64,000 nt of DNA from assembly GCA_050287085.1 (NCBI GenBank), contig JBNKBE010000007.1:195403-259402 (forward strand). The letters run 5' to 3'. This DNA comes from Polyangiaceae bacterium. GTDB taxonomy: Bacteria; Myxococcota_A; Polyangia; Polyangiales; Polyangiaceae. Below the pieces are notes generated by a model. It saw only the letters and a program-made list of their open reading frames with translations. It made no database searches and had not been told where the DNA came from. Both the position numbers and the translations under genes were made by a program. Of this stretch, positions 46,881 through 56,960 are shown piece by piece; position 1 is the first letter of the stretch, and each line of letters begins with the position of its first letter.

Positions 46881-49787
46881 CTAGCGCTTGGACAGCGTGG
46901 ACGGAGCTCCAGCGTAGCCGTCATCGTCCGCATACTGCGCGCCGTTCGAGCGAGCGCGGGCGGCCGGCGGGGCCCCGGCAGCCTGCAGCTCCCGCATGTA
47001 GCGTTGCACCATTTCAGCCACCTCGGGCGGCAATTCCTGCGGACCTGTGCCGTGTACGTCTTGCAGTTTGAAGCGCCCGAGCATGCCTTGCATCTCCGTG
47101 GTCTGCCCGCTCATCTCCTCGGCTGACGCGGCGCTTTCTTCTGCGGTTGCCGTGTTGCGCTGAGTTACCTCGTTAACCTGCTCCAGACCAGTGTTGATCT
47201 GTGCGATGCCATCCGCCTGTTCGTTGCTGGCTGCGGCAATCTCAGCCACCAAGTCCGTCACCTTGCCGACTTCGGACACAATGCGATTGAGTGCGCCAGC
47301 GGTTTCTCGAGCGATACCCGTCCCGTGCGCTACCTTCTTCATCGAGCCCTCGATCATCTCGGTTGTTTCTTTTGCGGCGCGTGCGCTGCGGGCCGCGAGA
47401 TTTCTTACTTCCTCGGCCACTACCGCAAACCCCTTGCCGTGGGTGCCGGCCCGGGCCGCTTCGACGGCGGCGTTGAGTGCTAGCAGGTTGGTCTGGAAGG
47501 CGATCTCGTCGATAACCTTGATGATCTTGGAGATGCTGTTGCTTGCCTGCTCGATTTCCCCCATTGCCTGCAGCATTTCTTGCATCTGCGTATCACCCGT
47601 GGTCGCTCCGTCACGCGCTGCAACCGCGAGTTGGTTGGCTTGGGTAGCGTTCTCGGCGTTTTGGGTGGTCTGGTTGGTCATCTGCACCATCTGGGCGCTG
47701 ATTTCCTCGATGGTGGCGGCTTGTTCGCTGGCACCCTGTGACAGATCTTGCGCCGCGTCCGAAACTTGCCCGGCGCTGCTTGAGATCTGGGCGGCAGCGG
47801 TTCGTACCTGCCCTAGCAGGCGGTTGAGACCGTCTAGCGAGTTGTTGAGCGCGTCACGAAGAGCCGCGTGGTCGCCTTCGTATTGCTCGTGGACATACGC
47901 CGTGAGATCGCCACCCGCAACGAGTTCCAGCTTTTGCCGGATGTTGGCCACGGGCGCCAGAATGTTGTCGATGATGCCGTTTACTCCCGAGATAATCGTC
48001 GCGTACGCGCCCTGGAAGGCCTCAGGGTTCGCTCGCTCCGACAGGCGTCCGGTGCGGGCGGCATCAACAAGGTTGCTCAGCTCCGTTTGGAAGGACCCCA
48101 ACACTTCGGTGATGGCGTTGACGTTTTCGCGCATACCCTCCAGGTCACCCTCGAAGTGCTCCTCGATCAGGGCATCGATGTCGCCCTTGGCCAGCTGCTG
48201 CAATGCCTGCTGCACACGCGCCACCGCCTTGTTGGCAGCCTCCTGGCGCTTCTCGAGCGCCGCTTGCTCCGTGATCACTTCCCAGGACAGTGCAGGTCCT
48301 GTGTAGTTGCCGTCTTCGTCGCGCAGCGCGTAGGCCTGGAGTTGCAGCGTCTCGGGCCCAATCTCGATACGCGCGGAGTGGGGCAGATGACGGTCGTCGC
48401 TGAGGAGGCGACGCTGGACTTCCGGCTTCTTGTGGAATATGTCGATGCATTTGCCGACGATTTCGTCGGCACGACAGGGCAGGTACTTTTCCACCTTGCG
48501 CAGGGTCTCGATCGTTGCCGCGTTGGCGTAGGTGATGGTGAAAGACTTGGGGTCCAGCTGCATCATCGACTTCGGACTGTTGTCGACTAGTTGCTGGACG
48601 CTTTGTGCCTTGCGGCGCAAGTTGACTTGCTCCGTGATATCGCTTGCGTACTTGACCACCTTGAACGGTTTACCGCTGGCGTCGAGAATGGGATTGTAGG
48701 AGGCCTGAATCCAAACTTCGCGTCCTCCTTTGCCGAGCCGCAGGAATTCACCGGCGGAGAACTCACCGCGGCCGAGGGCGGCCCAGAAGGCCTTGTACTC
48801 AGGAGCGCTGGTTTCCTCCGGGCGAACAAAAGTTCGGTGGTGCTTGCCGCGGATCTCGGACAGGTCGTAGCCGAGGACACTGCAGAAGTTGTCGTTGGCC
48901 GTAATGACGGTCCCGTCCAGTTCGAACTCGATTACGGCCTGCGACTTGCTGATCGCTGCCAGCTGCCCCTGGTAGTCCGCGTTGCGGAGCTTTTCTGCAG
49001 TAATATCGGTGGCATATTTTACCACCTTGAAGGGATGGCCGTTGAGGTCGAAGATGGGATTGTAGGAGGCTTGAAGCCAGACCTCCTTGCCATATTTGTT
49101 GAAACGCTGGAATTCACCTGCTCTGAACTCCCCGCGTCGCAGCGCCGCCCAATGCTCGTCGTATTCGGGGCTCCCAGCGTATTCTTTGCTGACGAACAAG
49201 CGGTGGTGCTTACCTTTGACCTCAGCCGGCGTGTAGCCCATCGCTTGGCAGAAGTTTTCGTTGGCGGTGATGACGGTGCCGTCGAGACTGAACTCGATCA
49301 CGGCTTGGGCCTTGCTGATCGCATCCAGCTGCCCCTGGTAGTCTGCGTTCTGGAGCTTGGCAGAAGTGATGTCCGTCGCAAACTTGACAACGCGGTAGAC
49401 GTTGCCCTCATCGTCGAAGAGTGGATTGTAGGAGGCTTGAAGCCAAACTTCTTTTCCTTCCTTGCCGAGGCGCTTGTATTCCTTCGCCTCGTACTTGCCA
49501 GCGGCCAGTGCCTTCCAGAAAGCCTTGTATTCCCCACTTTTTGCAAAGCTGGGGTCGACGAACATACGGTGGTGGTTGCCAACGAGCTCATCGAGCTCGT
49601 AGCCCATCGTGTTGCAGAAGTTTTCGTTGGCCGTCACGATGGTGCCGTCCGTTTCGAACTCGATGACCGCCTGAACTCGATCGAGAGCGGCGAGCGTCGA
49701 CCGCAGGTGTTGTACTTCTTGGTCTTGATCTTTTCTTTGCACGGCTATTAGTCCCAATGTTGGCGGCAAGGGGAAGCGTCGCGGCAC
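46881..49787 (-). CDS. Soluble methyl-accepting chemotaxis protein: 3 tandem PAS + Aer2-type PAS + HAMP-like + signalling domain
   Basis: Three 122-aa AVIEF..DGT…WLQASYNP repeats (366-bp period); IDIFHK.PE.QR..L…[33 protein letters not shown]; no TM. Confidence 0.95.
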   Translation of the reverse strand: MPRRFPLPPTLGLIAVQRKDQDQEVQHLRSTLAALDRVQAVIEFETDGTIVTANENFCNTMGYELDELVGNHHRMFVDPSFAKSGEYKAFWKALAAGKYEAKEYKRLGKEGKEVWLQASYNPLFDDEGNVYRVVKFATDITSAKLQNADYQGQLDAISKAQAVIEFSLDGTVITANENFCQAMGYTPAEVKGKHHRLFVSKEYAGSPEYDEHWAALRRGEFRAGEFQRFNKYGKEVWLQASYNPIFDLNGHPFKVVKYATDITAEKLRNADYQGQLAAISKSQAVIEFELDGTVITANDNFCSVLGYDLSEIRGKHHRTFVRPEETSAPEYKAFWAALGRGEFSAGEFLRLGKGGREVWIQASYNPILDASGKPFKVVKYASDITEQVNLRRKAQSVQQLVDNSPKSMMQLDPKSFTITYANAATIETLRKVEKYLPCRADEIVGKCIDIFHKKPEVQRRLLSDDRHLPHSARIEIGPETLQLQAYALRDEDGNYTGPALSWEVITEQAALEKRQEAANKAVARVQQALQQLAKGDIDALIEEHFEGDLEGMRENVNAITEVLGSFQTELSNLVDAARTGRLSERANPEAFQGAYATIISGVNGIIDNILAPVANIRQKLELVAGGDLTAYVHEQYEGDHAALRDALNNSLDGLNRLLGQVRTAAAQISSSAGQVSDAAQDLSQGASEQAATIEEISAQMVQMTNQTTQNAENATQANQLAVAARDGATTGDTQMQEMLQAMGEIEQASNSISKIIKVIDEIAFQTNLLALNAAVEAARAGTHGKGFAVVAEEVRNLAARSARAAKETTEMIEGSMKKVAHGTGIARETAGALNRIVSEVGKVTDLVAEIAAASNEQADGIAQINTGLEQVNEVTQRNTATAEESAASAEEMSGQTTEMQGMLGRFKLQDVHGTGPQELPPEVAEMVQRYMRELQAAGAPPAARARSNGAQYADDDGYAGAPSTLSKR

Positions 49788-49860
49788 TAGTGCGATTCCT
49801 TATGGACCGTACGAGTTGCACCGTCGCAGTAGGGCTCTCCCATTCCGAGTGTGTACCCAA

Positions 49861-49887
49861 GTAACGGCTTCGAGGCCGGCGCCTTTA
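49861..49887 (-). promoter_or_regulatory. Candidate sigma28 (FliA-type) promoter TAAA-N15-GCCGTTAC
   Basis: Exact spacing and 6/8 match to GCCGATAA, about 75 bp upstream of the MCP start. Confidence 0.6.
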
Positions 49888-50076
49888 GAGTCTACGTAGC
49901 GTTTTGGCTTAACCAAGGAGTCGAATCCAGGGCTCTACCGGCCCGCTGTCGCTGCAGGTTGGTGTGTGTCCTCGGCACCGGCGTCGGCAGGCAGGCTACC
50001 CTGACTGCGCCGGAGTGGGTGTCATCGCCACGTGGGAACGTGGCCAGTCGGAAAGGCTCGACGCCGCAGAGCTGGG

Positions 50077-52887
50077 TCAGAGCGCGATAGCGCGTTCACT
50101 TGCGCTTGGAGTGGGCTCGAGGCGACTCGCCGTGAGCTGCAGGGGGCTCTTTCCGTCGGCGAGTAGCCCGGTCCGCACGGCGCGGAAGGGGACACCTTTG
50201 GCTAGCAGCGCGCCCAACTCGGAAGGCCGAATCGAGCCTTGGCTGGAGATGGCCACGCGCGCTTGCACACACGTCAGATCCGCTTCCAGTTGGGCTTCGC
50301 TGAGCCACTCGCCAGCGTCGGCGGCGCGGGCTATCGAGAGCAGCCAGGGACGGAGGTCGAGGGTCTTGTCCTGGCCTTTCACTCGTCGCGTTACGACCAG
50401 CGCGTCAGCTGAGCCTAGGGACGCGATGCGCTCTTCCAGGGTGGTATTGGAGCGGGCCAGCTCGGTGGCGAGCTCTTCGGGACTGAAGGCGATCAGGTAC
50501 TCTGCGGCGTCGATGGCGGTGTTGACTCGCGGTGCGTGTTCGTCCAGGGCGACGCATCCGGTGAAAGTGAGTCCACCGCTCGCTGCACAATTGAGTCGTG
50601 CCAGCAATTCCTCGGGCTCAGGGGCGTCGATCAGCTTGATGTCGGAGTACTCCTCGAGGCTGGCGACACCCAGTGAGAGGGCGGGTCCAAAAGAGAGGTC
50701 CGGCTTGGGATGAAAGCCCTGAGTGTAATGCGTCTTTATTCCAGCCCGCCGCACGACGCGGGGGAGCTCCCGCATGAGATCGAGGTGCCCGAGCAGCGCG
50801 GTTGGACCTCGCTTCTGAAAGCGCAGTCGAAAGCGCTGGGGTCGTCCTCCAGCGCGCAGGGGACGATAGCGTTCGGGCGCGGGGAGGTTCGCATCGATCG
50901 GGCGCGGGGTCTCCGGTTGCAATACCGGCAGCTGCGCGCGGGCGCCCGGCGTAAAGGCGGACAACTTATGTAGCTTATCCAAACGATCACTGCGCATCTG
51001 ACTCATGTCGCATGCGATGCCACAGTCGTAACACACCAGGTTGCGCGTGTCGGTGGATGCGTCGGCCAGGTTCGTGTGATGGATGAACATGCCTTTGGCC
51101 TTGCCGCATGGGGGGCTGAGCCGGTTCTTTAGCGCCTTGCGATACTCCTTGAGCAGAAAGCCTTGTTCCAGACCGATGTCGAAGTGGTCCCAGGGCACTC
51201 GGGCGTCGACGGGGATGGTTCCGAGAAAGAGTGAACGATCCACGTCGAAATGGTCGAGCGCTTCTTCCCACACGTCGAGGCGTAGGTGCTCTTCCCATGA
51301 GTCGAATACGGCGCCACGTTCGTAGGCACGCTCAATCACGTTGGCGAGACGTCGATCGCCCCGGGCCAGGATGCCTTCTAGAACGCTGGTGGAGCAATCA
51401 TGGGTGCGCAGCTGCAAGTTGCGACCCCGTCCGATGGCCGCTCGCAGCAGACCTTGTTTCCGGCGAATGCTGTCGGAGCTGTCCATCGCACACCATTGGA
51501 ACGGTGTGTGAGGCTTTGGTACATGTGTTGAAACGCTGACCGTGACCTTGGCGCGTCCGCGCATGAGTCGTTGACCCACGCCAAGAGTTCGTATCCCCAC
51601 TTCCGCTATGCCGACGACGTCTTCGTCTTCCTCAGTTGGAAGCCCGATCATGAAGTACAGCTTCATCTTGTCGAAGCCACGCGAGAACACCCGCTCAGCG
51701 GTATCCAAGAGCTGTTCTTCGGTGACGTTCTTGTTGATGACGTCACGCATGCGTTGGGTGCCCGCTTCCGGAGCAAAGGTGAGGCCGGCGGTGCGAACCT
51801 TGCGCATGTCATCGAGCAAGTCGTCGGCCAAGCCGTAGGCGCGCAGCGAGGCAACGCTAAGACTGACGCGTTCGGGAGCGGTCTTTTCGACCAAGCGCTT
51901 GATCAGGGGGTTGATGCACGAAACGTCGGCGGTGGACAGGGCGGCCAGACTCACCTCGTCTTGCCCGCTCTTTGCAAGGGCACGCTCGACTGTCGAGATG
52001 ACCTCGTCCGGATCGCGTTCGCGCACGGGTCGATAGATCATCCCGGCCTGGCAGAAACGGCATCCTTCCGTGCAGCCGCGGGTTACCTCGATGCTCATGC
52101 GATCGAAGATCGCCTCGGGTCCACCGACGGGGCCGTCGTCGGGGAATGGAAAGTCGTTGATGTCTTCCACCAGTCGTCGCACCACGGGCAGCGGGGCCTC
52201 CGGAGTTGTGGCTTCGCTCACCACCAGGAGCTTTGAGCTTGGATCGACCTCGACGCGATAGAGGGAAGGCACGTATAGGCCTTCGAGCTGCGCCAGTCGT
52301 TCCAGCCTCTCGCGACGTGGTACCCCTGCTCGCCGATCGGCGGCCCACTGAAGAGCCACTTCTCGCAGCAGCTCCTCACCATCGCCGATCGCAATCGCGT
52401 CCAAGAATGGCGCCATCGGTTCGGCGTGTGTAGCCACCGGGCCGCCCGCGATGATCAAGGGATCGTCGTCTCCGCGGTGCTCTGCGCGCAGCGGAATGCC
52501 CCCCAAGTCGAGCATCAGCAGGATGTTGGTGTAAGTGAGCTCGTATTGGAGCGAAAAGCCCACCACGTCGAAGTCGCATAGCGGACGTTGGCTTTCGAGC
52601 GAACGCAACAGCTCGCCATGTTGCCGCAGCGCCTGGACCATGTCCGTCCACGGGGTGTAACAGCGCTCGGCCAATACGCCCGAGTCCTCGTTGAGGATCT
52701 TGTACAAGATGCGGTAGCCGAGATGGCTCATCCCGATGTCGTAGATGTCGGGGAATGCCAGGCACACACGACACTGGACGGACTGCCAGTCCTTTCGCAC
52801 CGAACCGTGCTCGCCGCCAGCGTAGCGGGACGGCTTTGCCACGTGGTCAAGGAACTCGGCGTAGGGATGGTCGAATAGGCGGGGCAT
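50077..52887 (-). CDS. Radical SAM protein (TIGR03960-type) fused to radical SAM-linked domain (TIGR03936/DUF2344)
   Basis: KPSRY.GGE, FPDIYDIGMS.LG, RGCTEGCRFCQAG, FAPEAG, PKPHTPFQW; C-terminal HLDL.R…GFHPKP..SFGPAL..G. Confidence 0.93.
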   Translation of the reverse strand: MPRLFDHPYAEFLDHVAKPSRYAGGEHGSVRKDWQSVQCRVCLAFPDIYDIGMSHLGYRILYKILNEDSGVLAERCYTPWTDMVQALRQHGELLRSLESQRPLCDFDVVGFSLQYELTYTNILLMLDLGGIPLRAEHRGDDDPLIIAGGPVATHAEPMAPFLDAIAIGDGEELLREVALQWAADRRAGVPRRERLERLAQLEGLYVPSLYRVEVDPSSKLLVVSEATTPEAPLPVVRRLVEDINDFPFPDDGPVGGPEAIFDRMSIEVTRGCTEGCRFCQAGMIYRPVRERDPDEVISTVERALAKSGQDEVSLAALSTADVSCINPLIKRLVEKTAPERVSLSVASLRAYGLADDLLDDMRKVRTAGLTFAPEAGTQRMRDVINKNVTEEQLLDTAERVFSRGFDKMKLYFMIGLPTEEDEDVVGIAEVGIRTLGVGQRLMRGRAKVTVSVSTHVPKPHTPFQWCAMDSSDSIRRKQGLLRAAIGRGRNLQLRTHDCSTSVLEGILARGDRRLANVIERAYERGAVFDSWEEHLRLDVWEEALDHFDVDRSLFLGTIPVDARVPWDHFDIGLEQGFLLKEYRKALKNRLSPPCGKAKGMFIHHTNLADASTDTRNLVCYDCGIACDMSQMRSDRLDKLHKLSAFTPGARAQLPVLQPETPRPIDANLPAPERYRPLRAGGRPQRFRLRFQKRGPTALLGHLDLMRELPRVVRRAGIKTHYTQGFHPKPDLSFGPALSLGVASLEEYSDIKLIDAPEPEELLARLNCAASGGLTFTGCVALDEHAPRVNTAIDAAEYLIAFSPEELATELARSNTTLEERIASLGSADALVVTRRVKGQDKTLDLRPWLLSIARAADAGEWLSEAQLEADLTCVQARVAISSQGSIRPSELGALLAKGVPFRAVRTGLLADGKSPLQLTASRLEPTPSASERAIAL

Positions 52888-52990
52888 GAGAGGGGTCTTC
52901 TGACCTGGTGGTAAGCGGCTGTCAATTGCAGGGCGCAAAATGCGCGCGATCCACTCCTGCTTTCTAGAGTATGAGTCTATATCACCGGCG

Positions 52991-53728
52991 ATGACTTGGA
53001 TTGAAACGGCAGTCACGGCTCGTACGGACTGGGCTGAGGACTTGGCGACGTTCACGTGTGATGCGCAGCCGGACTTCGTGCCGGGTCAGTTCATCAACTT
53101 GGCGCTCGATCTGGACGGAAAGCGGGTGGTCCGCAGCTATTCAATCGCGGCGGCGCCTGGACAGCCGCTCGCGTTCTTTGTCTCCCTAGTTCCTGGTGGG
53201 ACGTTGACCCCGTCTCTATTCGGCATGAAGCCTGGCGCCAAGCTATGGGTCGCACCTCGGGCCGCAGGGCTGTTGACGGTCGAGTTCGTACCCGATTTTG
53301 CGCGGGAGCTCTGGCTCGTCGCGACCGGCACGGGGCTTGCCCCATTCTTGTCGATGCTGCGTGCCGGCGTGTTGCTACCACGCTTTGAACGGGTCGTGAT
53401 TGTCCACGGCGTGCGCCATGCGCGGCACCTCGCTTACCGAGAGGAGCTGAGCGCCCTAGCGCGGGTCCATGAGCCGCTCCACTACCTGCCCGTCGTCAGT
53501 CGCGATGGAAGTGCGGGGATCGGCCTGCAGGGGCGCATTACGACAGCGCTTGCGAGCGGCGAGCTGGAAGCCAAAGCGGGGCTTGCTCTCGACGAGGCAC
53601 GCTCGCACGTCATGCTGTGTGGCAATCCCGGCATGATTCGCGATGCCACCGAGCTCTTGTTGGGGCGCGGCTTGCGCAGACATCGACGTCGGGAACCCGG
53701 CCACATCACGCAGGAAAAGTACTGGTAG
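52991..53728 (+). CDS. fpr: Ferredoxin/flavodoxin-NADP+ reductase
   Basis: FVPGQF, RSYSIA, LVATGTGLAPF, VHGVR, MLCGNPGMI, terminal EKYW. Confidence 0.93.
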   Translation: MTWIETAVTARTDWAEDLATFTCDAQPDFVPGQFINLALDLDGKRVVRSYSIAAAPGQPLAFFVSLVPGGTLTPSLFGMKPGAKLWVAPRAAGLLTVEFVPDFARELWLVATGTGLAPFLSMLRAGVLLPRFERVVIVHGVRHARHLAYREELSALARVHEPLHYLPVVSRDGSAGIGLQGRITTALASGELEAKAGLALDEARSHVMLCGNPGMIRDATELLLGRGLRRHRRREPGHITQEKYW

Positions 53729-53731
53729 CGG

Positions 53732-54454
53732 CTATCTTCCGAGCAGGCCAGCGGCGAGGAGCTTGCGCGGGAGCAGGGTCCCCATCGCCGTGAAGGCCAC
53801 ATCGACGTTCAACTTCTCTCCGCCGATCGTTGCGTTGCCGTCGAATGTAAACGGTATCGGTTCGCCGGTGGGCAAGCTGGCGGCAAAACGCGGCAGGAGT
53901 GCTGAGAGGTTGTCCCAGGCCACGTGGAATCCACTCTGAATCGTCGCCCGACCGTGAGCTGGGATCGTGGATTCGAGTTGTGTTTTGCCTTTGCCAAGCG
54001 TCAGGCCGTCGATATGTGCGCGCCCCCATACCGACCGTGCCATCAGGGGGAATGCGTTATCATTGATGACGTCGACCACGATGGTGAGCTGGATACCGCT
54101 CGAGCTAATACCCGAAACGGTCGCGCTCAGCGGTTCAACGCGTGGCGGCTTCAGCTCCGCCGAGCACGCAGCGACGAGGCACGCGAACGCGATCGTCGCG
54201 GCCAGCCGGGGCCATTGCGTCGAGGGGCGATGAGCGCGTCTGGAAGGCGACGCGTCGGCTGTTGGTTGGCTCGAGCCAAAAAGAGCGGCGATGATCCGCC
54301 ATCCAAGCCGCGCGGGCGAAGCCGCGGCCGTATTCGGTTGAAGTATCATGGCGACAAAGTAGTGGCTCGCTCGAGCGCGAACAACCAGCTCGTGGGTGGC
54401 GGGGTCGGGGCCTCGCGGCGAGCGCGCGCGTGTCGTCGGTGGCAGTCGTGGCAA
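53732..54454 (-). CDS. LEA_2/WHy domain lipoprotein (true start probably downstream)
   Basis: VAAC lipobox, PPRVE…V.N.NAFPL…IPAHG pattern. Confidence 0.75.
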   Translation of the reverse strand: MPRLPPTTRARSPRGPDPATHELVVRARASHYFVAMILQPNTAAASPARLGWRIIAALFGSSQPTADASPSRRAHRPSTQWPRLAATIAFACLVAACSAELKPPRVEPLSATVSGISSSGIQLTIVVDVINDNAFPLMARSVWGRAHIDGLTLGKGKTQLESTIPAHGRATIQSGFHVAWDNLSALLPRFAASLPTGEPIPFTFDGNATIGGEKLNVDVAFTAMGTLLPRKLLAAGLLGR

Positions 54455-54619
54455 TTACCCTCGAGGGCTGCAAGTCAAGCGCGCCACCAGGGAGCAGGGC
54501 TCTTGACCTCCCAAGGTGACGCCGGACAGCTGGTGCACCAAGCGCTTGTCAACTATCAGACGCTAGAGGGGGGTGGAGCTGGGTTTCTGAGAATGATGGA
54601 AATCGCCCGGGGGACGGCG

Positions 54620-54811
54620 TCAGGCGTCGTCCTTGCGGGTATCCGGGGGACGCGTCAGGGTGGAGGCATCAATGCGGAACGTCTTGCCGCACTGTCGGCA
54701 CTCGACTTCCGTCAACTTGGGACGGCGGGCACGTGCTTGCACCTCGCCGCAATGCGGGCATCGCAACCCGACAACAGCGGCCGCATTTGAAGAGCCAAAG
54801 ATCCAAACCAC
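54620..54811 (-). CDS. Small zinc-ribbon protein
   Basis: CPHCG…CRQCGKTF. Confidence 0.65.
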   Translation of the reverse strand: MVWIFGSSNAAAVVGLRCPHCGEVQARARRPKLTEVECRQCGKTFRIDASTLTRPPDTRKDDA

Positions 54812-54879
54812 GCCCGCACCCTACCACGCCGTTGCCACAAGCTGTGGGCTTGCGAACGACGTGTCGCGCAGCATCGCGC

Positions 54880-55056
54880 TTACCCCGCCTTTTCGACGGT
54901 GACGACATATTCCCCGCGGTCGTCACGCACCGCGTCCACCTGCAAAGGACGGCAGCACAGGCTACAGTCCTCGACATAGGACTGGTGTGGCTCGCCGCCT
55001 TCGTCCACCCAGATTTCGATCGCCTCCCCGCAGTAGGGGCATCGTAGCTCGGCCAT
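54880..55056 (-). CDS. CPXCG-motif cysteine-rich small protein
   Basis: CPYCGE.IE..VD…Q.YVEDC..CCRP. Confidence 0.9.
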   Translation of the reverse strand: MAELRCPYCGEAIEIWVDEGGEPHQSYVEDCSLCCRPLQVDAVRDDRGEYVVTVEKAG

Positions 55057-55317
55057 GGGCTGATTGTAGCATCGCATGGCCCCCTGCTCAGCCTGAATCC
55101 AGCGTCCCCGTCGACGGGGTGCTAGGGGCCCGGGGACGGGAAAGTCCTGCTGCGCCGGCGGATCCTCTTGCTGGGGCGTGTGGGCTTGTCGTGGCCTTTC
55201 TCGAGCTACTCCAGTTGCCCTGCAAGGACTGCGCCCCTCGCGCGTGGCCGGGCAGGAACGCAGCTGCAATCTTCGGGTTGTCGTTGCGTCACCCAGCGTC
55301 AGTGACTACTGCGCCTG

Positions 55318-56016
55318 GTGATGAGCGCGGCGCTGTTATTCGACCTGGACGGAACCCTGGCGATCACCGATCCACTGCATTCTCGGGCGTGGCGCGACGT
55401 CTTGGCAGAGCAGGGCGTCGAGCTCAGTGCCGAGGGCTATGACCTGCACGTCCGCGGTCGTGCGAACGATCGGATCGCCGCCGCTTGGCTTCCAGAGGCC
55501 TCAGCGGAAAGCCGAACGCGTCTCATCGCTGACAAAGAGGCCCGCTTTCGGGCTGCTGCGGCGGAGCTCGAGTCGCCTCCGGGTGTGTTCGAGCTCCTGC
55601 AACGAGCGCAGGACGCGGGCGTGGCGCTAGCTATCGTCACCAGCGCGCCCGCGGCCAATGCCCACCATGTCCTTTCGCTGCTCGGTCTGCGTGAGCGCTT
55701 TGAGGTCATCGTTGCGTCCGAAGACGTCCAGCGTCACAAGCCGGACCCCGAACCCTACCAGAAGGCCCTGGCGCTGCTGGGGGCGGACGCCCGCTCGTCG
55801 CTGGCATTTGAAGATTCGCCTTCTGGCGTGTGCTCAGCCCTCGCCGCCGGGCTTGAGACGGTTGCGTTGCTGACCGGCTTCGAGGCATCACTGCTGAGCA
55901 GCGCTGGAGCGAACTTGTGCATCGAAGCGTTTGACGACCCCCGTTTGCTCGCTCTGCTGGCGCGCCGGATCCCAGCCTTGATGGGCACTCCGTCTGGAGC
56001 TACTCCACCGGGCTGA
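55318..56016 (+). CDS. HAD-superfamily phosphatase (beta-phosphoglucomutase-like)
   Basis: FDLDGTL, IVTS, KPDPEPY, FEDSPSG. Confidence 0.92.
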   Translation: MMSAALLFDLDGTLAITDPLHSRAWRDVLAEQGVELSAEGYDLHVRGRANDRIAAAWLPEASAESRTRLIADKEARFRAAAAELESPPGVFELLQRAQDAGVALAIVTSAPAANAHHVLSLLGLRERFEVIVASEDVQRHKPDPEPYQKALALLGADARSSLAFEDSPSGVCSALAAGLETVALLTGFEASLLSSAGANLCIEAFDDPRLLALLARRIPALMGTPSGATPPG

Positions 56017-56369
56017 GCCAAGGCTTCGGTGACAGAAGCCTCGGGGTTCGGCCGGGGGAGGGGGTTCGGTCTTGGGCGGGGGCCGGTTGCAGCGCCGCCT
56101 GGCTTTGGCGTGAACGCGGGAATGCGATACGGTCTGTGGGCTGCAGGGACGTCAGCTACCGAACGCGGCGCAGGCACCTAGCGCGTGGGCGCCGCTTCTT
56201 GGGCGCCGGGGATTGGGAAAGCCCCACTACGCCGGCCGACCTTCGCCCACCCCGGGTGGCCGAGACGGGTGGGGTGCCCGTTGGTGGGGTTGCCTAGAGT
56301 CACGTGCTGTTTGGAGCGATGGGCCTCGGGCGCTATCATCGCGGCCGCTGCGCGTGTAGGCTGCCCGTC

Positions 56370-56960
56370 GTGAACGGAGTGCTCATTGTGGGCGGCGCGC
56401 GCTCGGGGAAGAGTCGATTTGGGGAGCGTTTGGCGCTCCATTGCGCATCGCAGTGCGGGGCCGAGCCCAGGGCGCGGCCGCTGTACGTTGCGACGTCGCG
56501 AGCGTGGGACGCCGAGCATCAGGCGCGGATTACACGCCATCGTCGCGATCGGGACCCACGTTTTGAGACGGTCGAGCTAGAGAAGGAGCTGGCCAGCGTG
56601 GCAGCGCCAGCGCGGGTGTATTTGGTGGATTGCGTCACCCTTTGGTTGACCAATTGGTACACGGACTTGGGCGGGGATACGGAGTCTGCGTTGCACCAGG
56701 CGGAACGCGAGCTGTCCGCCCTGTCTTCTGCCCCTGGTACGTGGCTGCTGGTGAGCAACGAATTGGGGCAGGGGGTTGTGCCGGACAACGCGGTGGCCCG
56801 TGGGTTTGTAGATCTGAGCGGCTTCGTCAATCAGCGACTTGCGGCGATGGCGGAGGTTGTGGTGTGGACCGCCGTGGGGCTACCTCAGTTGCTCAAGGGA
56901 GCTGACACGCCTCTCGGGCGAGCGTGCGTGGAGTGCGCGGGCCCGTTGGGTTACCCGTGA
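56370..56960 (+). CDS. cobU: Adenosylcobinamide kinase/adenosylcobinamide-phosphate guanylyltransferase
   Basis: GGARSGKS, YVAT, RI.RH…R, LVDCVTLWLTN, VSNE.G.GVVP, NQRLA. Confidence 0.95.
   Translation: MNGVLIVGGARSGKSRFGERLALHCASQCGAEPRARPLYVATSRAWDAEHQARITRHRRDRDPRFETVELEKELASVAAPARVYLVDCVTLWLTNWYTDLGGDTESALHQAERELSALSSAPGTWLLVSNELGQGVVPDNAVARGFVDLSGFVNQRLAAMAEVVVWTAVGLPQLLKGADTPLGRACVECAGPLGYP

Noticed and set aside
47191..49751. Long plus-strand ORFs (371, 240, 386 aa) opposite the MCP
   Set aside because: Antisense shadows of a high-GC coding gene; no recognisable motifs
56017..56369. Cobalamin riboswitch upstream of cobU
   Set aside because: GGGAA words occur, but I could not find the conserved core (GGTGxAAxTCC, GCCCCCGCxACTGT, B12 box). 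Only an Rfam search could exclude it fully.
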